The notes beneath the pieces are model-generated. The model saw only the letters and a list, made by a program, of their open reading frames with translations. It was not told the DNA's origin and ran no database searches. A stretch of 64,000 nucleotides of DNA, taken from positions 35,995 to 99,994 of the IMG/VR virus record IMGVR_UViG_3300049911_000129; one strand, given 5' to 3'. Positions within the stretch are counted from its first letter, which is position 1; each line of letters begins with the position of its first letter. Position numbers and translations under genes: made by a program. The DNA comes from a virus. Positions 47,681 to 53,760 of the stretch are shown here, piece after piece.

Positions 47681-47696
47681 CGAAGAAGGGTACGGT

Positions 47697-48104
47697 ATGA
47701 GGCTAGTGGCAGTCAAGGGGATACTGGTTAGACTGGTCGCTGCGGCGGCCATTTTGGCGTCTGCGGCGCTCGGGAGCGGCTGCTTCGGAGTCACTTCGGA
47801 GTTCCTCCGGGGCTACAGGGACGGTGCCGGTCCGGTCGAGCACGAGATGCACCTGGTCATGGACGTCATCCCGTGCGAGAGCGAGTGGATCTCGGACAAG
47901 GTCAGCCCGGCCTACCAACGGGGGTTGGCGCAGTTTACGGATGGGACATGGGCGGCCTACGCGCGGTTTGGGGCTGAGACGGACTGGCGGGACCCGTACG
48001 AGCAGGGCTGGGCGGTGGCTAACCTACTCAACGGCCTGCGGGACATTGGGCTGGAACCCTGGTCGACGCAGGGGTGGCCATGGTGCTGGTTGGAGGGACT
48101 GTAG
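47697..48104 (+). CDS. secreted lysozyme-like/lytic transglycosylase (Rpf-like)
   Basis: signal/lipobox-like N-terminus; VIPCES, GLAQF..GTW, GWP.C. Confidence 0.7.
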   Translation: MRLVAVKGILVRLVAAAAILASAALGSGCFGVTSEFLRGYRDGAGPVEHEMHLVMDVIPCESEWISDKVSPAYQRGLAQFTDGTWAAYARFGAETDWRDPYEQGWAVANLLNGLRDIGLEPWSTQGWPWCWLEGL

Positions 48105-48106
48105 GA

Positions 48107-48370
48107 ATGAAGACCGGTGGCCTATACATCGATGCGGATGGCGTCTCGGTACCGGTGGCGCATAACATCAGGGCGGCCCCTCACGGGGTTCAGGTCAAGG
48201 CGGGCGCGACGTGGGTCCCTGAGAAGCCGGCTGGGCCAGGCGCACGATTCGGTCCGAACGGTGTGGACCCGGGTCGGTCGGTCAACGGGGTGGATCCAGG
48301 CTCGTCGGTCAACGGGCCGCAGGGTCCCGACGGCATCAGGGGTCCCGACGGCGTTAGGTGTGATGACTGA
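48107..48370 (+). CDS. small Gly/Pro-rich protein with short repeats
   Basis: NGVDPG x2, GPDG x2. Confidence 0.5.
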   Translation: MKTGGLYIDADGVSVPVAHNIRAAPHGVQVKAGATWVPEKPAGPGARFGPNGVDPGRSVNGVDPGSSVNGPQGPDGIRGPDGVRCDD

Positions 48371-48483
48371 TGGATAACGACGACGCGGTCGTGTGGTGCG
48401 TGGTCGTCACGTTGACGGCCGCGGCCGTTCTGCTGGCGGGGTGCCTCGCCGCGATCTGGTGGAGCCTCCCGCTCGGGGGTTGA
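48370..48483 (+). CDS. small 1-TM protein
   Basis: TGATG overlap; MDNDDAVVWCVVVTL... Confidence 0.45.
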   Translation: MDNDDAVVWCVVVTLTAAAVLLAGCLAAIWWSLPLGG

Positions 48484-48485
48484 GC

Positions 48486-48818
48486 ATGATAAGGCTGGTG
48501 GCCCAGCTGGCGCGCGGGTTCGCGCGCTACGTTGGTCTGACGTGGATCCTGGGGTTCGGCGGCATGGCGCTAGCGGCCGCCGGTAGGAGGGACCTCGCCG
48601 GACTCATGTGGGTGTCGCTCGGCGCCGGTAGCGTCGGGGTGGCGTTCGACCGCGCGACCGCTGGCGACTTGCATTTTGACAAGGTGCGCCACGGGTCGTT
48701 GACTGAGGAGGAGGTCGACTTCCTGGTTGGTCATCTGCCGTTCCTCGCGCTCGGGCTCCTGGCCTTGGCGGTCGGGGAGGGGCGCAAGTACGGACGGGAG
48801 GGTGGCCGAGAGGCTTAA
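48486..48818 (+). CDS. membrane protein
   Basis: 3 hydrophobic segments; 3' end overlaps tRNA-Ser. Confidence 0.55.
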   Translation: MIRLVAQLARGFARYVGLTWILGFGGMALAAAGRRDLAGLMWVSLGAGSVGVAFDRATAGDLHFDKVRHGSLTEEEVDFLVGHLPFLALGLLALAVGEGRKYGREGGREA

Positions 48819-48883
48819 GGCGCCGCGTTGCTAGCGCGGAGGTCCGAAAGGGCACGGGGGTTCGAATCCCTCCCCTTCCGCCA
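48796..48883 (+). tRNA. tRNA-Ser(GCT)
   Basis: cloverleaf, long variable arm, CCA. Confidence 0.92.
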
Positions 48884-48900
48884 TGAGAGGAGCGGTAGCG

Positions 48901-49041
48901 ATGGCTAACCTATGCGGCAAGTGCAATGGTCCGGCTATCATGAAGATGACGGACGGCAAGGCCACGGTCAAGGTCTGCGCGTACCACTGGCATATGCTGT
49001 CTGGGCAGGGCTGGAAGCAGGTCTACCCGAAGGGGCGGTAG
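48901..49041 (+). CDS. small Zn-finger-like protein
   Basis: GAGGAG RBS; MANLCGKC...CAYH. Confidence 0.55.
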   Translation: MANLCGKCNGPAIMKMTDGKATVKVCAYHWHMLSGQGWKQVYPKGR

Positions 49042-49106
49042 CTCAGAGGCAGAGCGCCCGGCTGTCGACCGGGAGGTCGCGGGTTCGATGCCCGTCCGCC
49101 CCGCCA
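49032..49106 (+). tRNA. tRNA-Asp(GTC)
   Basis: CCCGG-CTGTCGA-CCGGG, CCA. Confidence 0.92.
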
Positions 49107-49109
49107 AGT

Positions 49110-49199
49110 TGGGGAGTGGCCGAGTCTGGGTTATGGCGACCGTCTCGAAAACGGTTGGTCCGAAAGGGCACGGGGGTTCGAATCCCTCCTCCCCAGCCA
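49110..49199 (+). tRNA. tRNA-Ser(CGA)
   Basis: ACCGT-CTCGAAA-ACGGT, long variable arm. Confidence 0.92.
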
Positions 49200-49208
49200 T
49201 TATGATGA

Positions 49209-49286
49209 CACCGTCCCGCAACGGACGAGGCTTAGGGCGGTAACCAGTCCGCATGGGAAGCGAGCGGTTGACCAGGGGCGGTGCCA
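49209..49286 (+). ncRNA. CCA-ended non-tRNA structured RNA
   Basis: 9-bp terminal stem CACCGTCCC/GGGGCGGTG then CCA; no T-loop. Confidence 0.5.
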
Positions 49287-49289
49287 GTG

Positions 49290-49366
49290 GCCGGAGTAGC
49301 TCAAGTGGGGAGAGCGGCTGTCTTGTAAACAGCGGGTTGGGGGTTCGAGGCCCTCCTCCGGCTCCA
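49290..49366 (+). tRNA. tRNA-Thr(TGT)
   Basis: GCTGT-CTTGTAA-ACAGC. Confidence 0.92.
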
Positions 49367-49377
49367 GTATGGTGCGG

Positions 49378-49453
49378 TGCGGGGTGGAGCAATGGTTAGC
49401 TCGGCGGCCTCATAAGCCGTAGGTTGAGGGTTCGAATCCCTCCCCCGCTACCA
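49378..49453 (+). tRNA. tRNA-Met(CAT), initiator-like
   Basis: CTCATAA loop; unpaired 1:72; GCGGGGTGGAGCA start. Confidence 0.88.
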
Positions 49454-49456
49454 CAA

Positions 49457-49533
49457 GCCGAGGTAGCTCAGCTAGGTAGAGCGCCTGGTTGAAGGCCAGG
49501 GCGTCGGCGGTCCGATTCCGTCCCTCGGCACCA
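49457..49533 (+). tRNA. tRNA-Phe(GAA)
   Basis: CCTGG-TTGAAGG-CCAGG; T-loop TCCGA. Confidence 0.9.
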
Positions 49534-49534
49534 A

Positions 49535-49613
49535 GGGCCCGTAGCTCAGTTGGATTCAGAGCGCCTGCCTTCGAAGCAGGGCGTCGGGGGTTCGAGTCCC
49601 TCCGGGCCTTCCA
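49535..49613 (+). tRNA. tRNA-Arg(TCG)
   Basis: CCTGC-CTTCGAA-GCAGG. Confidence 0.92.
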
Positions 49614-49614
49614 T

Positions 49615-49690
49615 AGGGGCGTAGCTCAATTGGGAGAGTGCCTGTTTTACAAGCAGGAAGTTGGGGGTTCGACTCCCTCCGCCCCTACCA
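49615..49690 (+). tRNA. tRNA-Val(TAC)
   Basis: CCTGT-TTTACAA-GCAGG. Confidence 0.92.
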
Positions 49691-49691
49691 C

Positions 49692-49766
49692 GGGCCGGTA
49701 GCTTAATGGGAGAGCGGGTGCCCTGCAAGCATTCAGGCGGGAGTTCGAATCTCCCCCGGTCCACCA
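49692..49766 (+). tRNA. tRNA-Ala(TGC)
   Basis: G3:U70 pair; loop CCTGCAA. Confidence 0.85.
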
Positions 49767-49779
49767 TCTTAACAAACGT

Positions 49780-49856
49780 GGCTCTCTAGCCCAATTGGTA
49801 GAGGCATCTGCCTTAGAAGCAGATCAGTCAGAGTTCGAATCTCTGGGGGGCCACCA
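49780..49856 (+). tRNA. tRNA-Leu(TAG), short variable loop
   Basis: TCTGC-CTTAGAA-GCAGA. Confidence 0.88.
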
Positions 49857-49859
49857 TGA

Positions 49860-49936
49860 GCGCCAGTAGTTCAATTAGGTAGAGCGCCTGCCCTCCAAGC
49901 AGGTTGTTGGGGGTTCGATTCCCCCCTGGCGCTCCA
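49860..49936 (+). tRNA. tRNA-Gly(TCC)
   Basis: CCTGC-CCTCCAA-GCAGG; U73. Confidence 0.9.
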
Positions 49937-49938
49937 GT

Positions 49939-50013
49939 GCGGGGGTAGCTCAGCGGCAGAGCGCCTGCTTGCCATGCAGGAGGTCGTGGGTTCGAGCCCC
50001 ATTCCCCGCTCCA
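49939..50013 (+). tRNA. tRNA-Gly(GCC)
   Basis: CCTGC-TTGCCAT-GCAGG. Confidence 0.92.
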
Positions 50014-50014
50014 G

Positions 50015-50091
50015 AGGCGGGTAGCTCAGTCTGGTAGAGCAACGGCCTTATAAGCCGTATGTCGGAGGTCCGATTCCTCCCCCGCCTACCA
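50015..50091 (+). tRNA. tRNA-Ile(TAT)
   Basis: ACGGC-CTTATAA-GCCGT; T-loop TCCGA. Confidence 0.88.
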
Positions 50092-50167
50092 GGGCCGGTA
50101 GCTCAGAGGATAGAGCGGCGGTTTCCTAAACCGCGGGTCGCGGGTTCGAGTCCCGCTCGGCCTTCCA
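50092..50167 (+). tRNA. tRNA-Arg(CCT)
   Basis: GCGGT-TTCCTAA-ACCGC. Confidence 0.92.
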
Positions 50168-50168
50168 G

Positions 50169-50243
50169 AGGCGGGTAGCTCAAAGGCAGAGCAGGGGTCT
50201 GATATGCCTCAGGTTGGAGGTTCGAGCCCTCCCTCGCCTACCA
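50169..50243 (+). tRNA. tRNA-Ile(GAT)
   Basis: GGGGT-CTGATAT-GCCTC. Confidence 0.9.
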
Positions 50244-50246
50244 CCC

Positions 50247-50321
50247 ACCGGGGTGGCGCAATGGTAGCGCGGCTCCCTGTTAAGGAGACGGTTGCAGGTC
50301 CGAGTCCTGCCCCCGGTGCCA
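50247..50321 (+). tRNA. tRNA-Asn(GTT)
   Basis: CTCC-CTGTTAA-GGAG; T-loop TCCGA. Confidence 0.88.
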
Positions 50322-50322
50322 A

Positions 50323-50396
50323 GGCCCGCTCGTCTAAGGGCAGGATGCCTCCCCCTCAAGGAGGCGGTGTCGGTTCGAATCCGGCGCGGGCTACCA
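50323..50396 (+). tRNA. tRNA-Glu(CTC)
   Basis: CCTCC-CCCTCAA-GGAGG. Confidence 0.9.
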
Positions 50397-50406
50397 ATAA
50401 GATCGC

Positions 50407-50471
50407 GGGGGACTGTGCGAGGCCGGGGGTACGCGACCCCGGTACGAGGGTAAACTCCCTCCAGCCCCCCA
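50407..50471 (+). ncRNA. D-arm-less tRNA-like element
   Basis: acceptor-like stem + CCA, GCCGGGG/CCCCGGT stem, GAGGG-TAAACT-CCCTC T-like arm. Confidence 0.55.
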
Positions 50472-50479
50472 TCATAGTT

Positions 50480-50556
50480 GGCGTCGTAGCCCAATTGGCA
50501 GAGGCACCGGCTTCAAGACCCGGACAGTGCAGGTTCGAATCCTGCGGGCGCCACCA
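50480..50556 (+). tRNA. tRNA-Leu(CAA), short variable loop
   Basis: loop TTCAAGA; Leu-type D arm. Confidence 0.85.
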
Positions 50557-50557
50557 T

Positions 50558-50633
50558 ACGGACGTGGCTCAGCGGCGAGAGCGGCCGTCTCCAAAACGGC
50601 TGGTCGGAGGTTCGAGTCCTCCCGTCCGTGCCA
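50558..50633 (+). tRNA. tRNA-Trp(CCA)
   Basis: GCCGT-CTCCAAA-ACGGC. Confidence 0.92.
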
Positions 50634-50708
50634 GGGGGCGTAGCTCAGCGGTAGAGCGGCGGACTCTTAATCCGCGCGGCGGGGGTTCGAATCCCTCCGC
50701 CCCTACCA
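50634..50708 (+). tRNA. tRNA-Lys(CTT)
   Basis: GCGGA-CTCTTAA-TCCGC. Confidence 0.92.
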
Positions 50709-50709
50709 T

Positions 50710-50784
50710 CAGCGCGGTAGTGTAAGGGTAGCACGATAGGTTGTGGCCCTGTTAGTGCGGGTTCGAATCCCGCCCCGCTGACCA
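50710..50784 (+). tRNA. tRNA-His(GTG)
   Basis: ATAGG-TTGTGGC-CCTGT; irregular acceptor stem. Confidence 0.82.
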
Positions 50785-50785
50785 T

Positions 50786-50859
50786 TCTGGGGTAGTTTAG
50801 AGGTAGAACGGGTGGCCCTGGACCATCAGGCGGAGGTTCGAGTCCTTCCCCCAGAGCCA
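50786..50859 (+). tRNA. tRNA-Gln(CTG)
   Basis: GGTGG-CCCTGGA-CCATC. Confidence 0.88.
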
Positions 50860-50874
50860 GGAATCGAGGCGTAT

Positions 50875-51066
50875 ATGCGAGAGTTGGTGGTCGTCTTGGT
50901 CGCGGCGTCGGCGGCGGCGCTCCTCGCCCGGTGGATGTGGGATGCGCTGGTGACGAAGTGGCTGCTGTGGCTGGTCATGGACAGCGGCATCCCGCTGGGC
51001 CGGGCAGGGCCGTGGGTGTTCGCGCTGGCCATAGGGCGGTGGCCGCACAAGAGGCCGAGCGGGTAG
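50875..51066 (+). CDS. small membrane protein
   Basis: GAGG RBS; hydrophobic, Trp-rich. Confidence 0.55.
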   Translation: MRELVVVLVAASAAALLARWMWDALVTKWLLWLVMDSGIPLGRAGPWVFALAIGRWPHKRPSG

Positions 51067-51069
51067 CGT

Positions 51070-51147
51070 CTGGGCGTAGCTCAGTCAGGGCAGAGCTCCT
51101 GGCTTGGGACCAGGGGGCCGGCGGTTCGAATCCGTCCGCCCAGACCA
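51070..51147 (+). tRNA. tRNA-Pro(TGG)
   Basis: CCTGG-CTTGGGA-CCAGG. Confidence 0.92.
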
Positions 51148-51185
51148 CAACTGCGGTATAATATAGATGGAAGGGAACCGCCCGA

Positions 51186-51290
51186 TGGCAGCGGGGGTGA
51201 GGCAGGGCGAGGCGAAGCGCCCTCGAGGCGCTCTCAATCGGTTGCCGAACCGGCCTGGTGGATGAGTCAGGGAAGTCCTGCCCCCCTGCA
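51186..51290 (+). ncRNA. candidate multibranch structured RNA
   Basis: follows GGTATAAT (51155); closing GCAG..GGGG..GGCAGG/CCTGCC-CCCCTGC; three inner hairpins. Confidence 0.5.
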
Positions 51291-51297
51291 CGATGAT

Positions 51298-51321
51298 GGG
51301 CCGTTGGCCGAGCGGCTGAAG
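51298..51321 (+). pseudogene. 5' tRNA fragment
   Basis: GGGCCGT-TG-GCCGAGCGGCTGAAG = acceptor 5' strand plus D arm, broken off before the HNH RBS. Confidence 0.45.
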
Positions 51322-51329
51322 AGGTAACA

Positions 51330-51755
51330 ATGACGGGGCGTAAGGACGCAGTTCTCGGGATGGCGCACGGTACGGCCTGCGGTCGGCTGCGGAAGGCGGT
51401 GCTATTCTCCCTGATTCAGCAACTCGGATTGGCCGCCTGCGCGCGGTGCGGCGGCGAGATTGCGTCGGCGGAGGAGCTCTCGCTCGACCACGTGGTCGAT
51501 TGGGAGGGGGCAGAAGACCCGTGTGGTGTATTCTTCGATCTCGACAACGTGACGTTCAGTCATTTGGCCTGTAACAACAGGGCGCGCTCCAAGCGCGAGT
51601 ACTGCGCGAAGGGGCACGCGTATACCAGCGCGGGAGTATTGGAGCGGGGCTCCGATGGAGTAGTGCGTCGCCGGTGTGGCATTTGCAAACGGGCGGCGAA
51701 TCGAGATAGCATGCAGCGGATCCGTGGCAGAGTGGCCGATTGCGGCAGCCTGTAG
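51330..51755 (+). CDS. HNH endonuclease (putative homing)
   Basis: CARCG, SLDH, SHLACN, C.KGH, RRCGIC. Confidence 0.8.
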   Translation: MTGRKDAVLGMAHGTACGRLRKAVLFSLIQQLGLAACARCGGEIASAEELSLDHVVDWEGAEDPCGVFFDLDNVTFSHLACNNRARSKREYCAKGHAYTSAGVLERGSDGVVRRRCGICKRAANRDSMQRIRGRVADCGSL

Positions 51756-51807
51756 AGCTGCTCTCCTTAACTGGGGCGCGCCTGTTCGAATCGGGCCGGA
51801 TCCACCA
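51718..51807 (+). tRNA. tRNA-Tyr(GTA)
   Basis: GCAGC-CTGTAGA-GCTGC, long variable arm; overlaps HNH 3' end. Confidence 0.9.
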
Positions 51808-51856
51808 ATAACGTAGGGCCTTCACGGCCCACCAACAAGGAAAGGCGCGCGGGCAC

Positions 51857-52708
51857 ATGGGTGCGATGGTATTCAACACGAGGGCGCTGGGGCGCTTCTG
51901 GTACTGGATCGAGGAGCGGCACCGCATCTACATGAAGCGTCAGGCCGGCGAGCTGGCCCCGTGGACGCTCGACCCGGTGCTGCGCGACTACTTCTTCTGC
52001 AACGTCTTCAGGGAGCTGGACCCGGGGACCGTGTGGCTCAGGCAGGGCTGGACCGACCGGCACGGGTACGGGTCCGACGCGTTCGACGGCCCGACGCTCC
52101 TGTTCAACATCATCAAGTACCGGCTGTTCGGGACCGAGCGCGCCGGGGCGGCACTCGGCTACCAGACTGCGTGGGACGACTCCATGGCGGCCATCACCAC
52201 CCGACTGCTCACCCAGGCGCGGATGGACGGGCCGATCTACACGGCGGCCTACATGCACTCCGGCGGGCTGGCGGACCACGTCAAGCTGCTCGGCGACGTC
52301 TGGGCAGACAGGCACAACCTCTACGGGAGGATCGTCGCGGACCGCACGATCCAGGGGGCGACGAAGATCCTGACGGAGATCCCGCACTTCGGGCCGTTCA
52401 TGGCGTACGAGGTGGCCACGGACCTCAGGCACACGCCGGTGCTGGACGGTGCGCCGGACACGATGACGTGGGCCAACCCGGGCCCAGGCTCCTGGCGCGG
52501 GCTGAGGAGGATCTTCCCATACGTCAGCAAGGCGGAGGCCGTGGCGGCGATGGCACTGCTGCTGCTCTGGTCGCAGAGCAAGCTGGCGGCCTACGTGCCG
52601 CCCCTCGAGATGCGCGACATCGAGCACAGCCTCTGCGAGTTCGACAAGTACGAGAGGGCCTCGCAGCCCGGCGTGGTCGGGCTGAGGCGGTATGGGGTGA
52701 AGGCATGA
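51857..52708 (+). CDS. aGPT-Pplase1 / 5-hmdU DNA kinase helical-domain family protein
   Basis: ERHRIY.KR.AG..PWT.DPVL..Y.FCNVFRELD; AY; GPFMAYEVATDL; GPGS.RGL; DIEHSLCEFDKY. Confidence 0.8.
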   Translation: MGAMVFNTRALGRFWYWIEERHRIYMKRQAGELAPWTLDPVLRDYFFCNVFRELDPGTVWLRQGWTDRHGYGSDAFDGPTLLFNIIKYRLFGTERAGAALGYQTAWDDSMAAITTRLLTQARMDGPIYTAAYMHSGGLADHVKLLGDVWADRHNLYGRIVADRTIQGATKILTEIPHFGPFMAYEVATDLRHTPVLDGAPDTMTWANPGPGSWRGLRRIFPYVSKAEAVAAMALLLLWSQSKLAAYVPPLEMRDIEHSLCEFDKYERASQPGVVGLRRYGVKA

Positions 52709-53412
52709 TCACACTACTGGAGGTCCTGGTGGGCAGCCGGGCGTACGGCACGGCGACGGACGGAAGCGATATAGACAGGCGAGTCGTCTTCGCCCACGGC
52801 ACGCGCGACCTGCTGTCCGTGGACGGCCGCGGCAACTGCCCGTTGAAGGACACTGTCTGGGACGAGAAGGCCCACGGCGGCGACGAGGACGTGACCGGCT
52901 GGGAGGTCGGCAAGTTCGTCAAGCTCGCGCTCAACTGCAACCCGACGATCCTCGAGGTGCTTTGGGCGCCTGACTACAGCGAGCCGCACTACCAGGGCAC
53001 GAAGCTGCGGCGGATCAGGCGCGCGTTCCTGAGCCGCGATCGCATCTTCGAGTCGTTCAAGGGCTACGCGTCGAACCAGGCCAAGAAGATGCTCTTCGAG
53101 CCCGGCGCCGGCATCTGGACCGTGCGCAACTGGAAGTTCGCCGAGGCCTACATGCGCTCCCTCTATCAGGGCGTGCAGCTGCTGGGGACCGGCGAGCTGC
53201 CGGTGGACTTCACCGACAAGCGGCACGTCAACATCATGGGGACGCTCCAGATGATCAAGCGCGGCGAGGTGCCTAAGAGTCAAGTGATCGAGGCGGCGGA
53301 CGCGCTCGAGCGCATGATGCTCACGGCCTACACGGCCAGCGAGGTACCCGGCGAGCCCGACCTGGTCACGATCAACGACTACCTTACGGAGATGCGGTTC
53401 GCCATGTGGTGA
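52705..53412 (+). CDS. Pol-beta-family nucleotidyltransferase (RlaP/YcgL-like)
   Basis: VGSRAYG....SDID; KF..LAL.CNP.ILE.L; F.GYA..Q. Confidence 0.85.
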   Translation: MITLLEVLVGSRAYGTATDGSDIDRRVVFAHGTRDLLSVDGRGNCPLKDTVWDEKAHGGDEDVTGWEVGKFVKLALNCNPTILEVLWAPDYSEPHYQGTKLRRIRRAFLSRDRIFESFKGYASNQAKKMLFEPGAGIWTVRNWKFAEAYMRSLYQGVQLLGTGELPVDFTDKRHVNIMGTLQMIKRGEVPKSQVIEAADALERMMLTAYTASEVPGEPDLVTINDYLTEMRFAMW

Positions 53413-53429
53413 GCCGAGGGGAGGAAGCA

Positions 53430-53720
53430 ATGAAGATCGGTCCGTACAAGAGCGGCTTCATCTGGGTGGCAGACGGCATCGGCGAGGTGCTGTCCGGCCT
53501 CTTCGACTTCGACGTGAGCCTCAAGATCTCGCTGCTCGAGATAGCCGTCGGCCTGCAGGTGTTCGGAGTCGGGTTCGACCTCTGGGTCGGCGCGAGCGAC
53601 TTCTACGGCCACGCGCAGGTCGGGCTGTCCCTCTACACGCCGGTCGTCGGCCTCAACGTCGAGGGCGGGGTGAAGTGGGTCGGGAAGCTCGACCGCCCCG
53701 AGGAGTCGGGCGAAGACTAG
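53430..53720 (+). CDS. hypothetical beta-rich protein
   Basis: GGAGG RBS. Confidence 0.55.
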   Translation: MKIGPYKSGFIWVADGIGEVLSGLFDFDVSLKISLLEIAVGLQVFGVGFDLWVGASDFYGHAQVGLSLYTPVVGLNVEGGVKWVGKLDRPEESGED

Positions 53721-53760
53721 ACCGCGGTACAATGGATGCAGTAAGGCACAGGAGGTAACG

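Noticed and set aside
49692-49766. Reading this tRNA as Cys(GCA)
   Set aside because: The shifted register breaks the anticodon stem; G3:U70 and A73 support Ala
48910-50725. Listed ORFs across the tRNA cluster
   Set aside because: They overlap clear tRNA genes and lack coding features
48796-51807. Suppressor tRNAs or stop-codon recoding
   Set aside because: No CTA/TTA/TCA anticodon found; conserved genes are full length in code 11 and use all three stops
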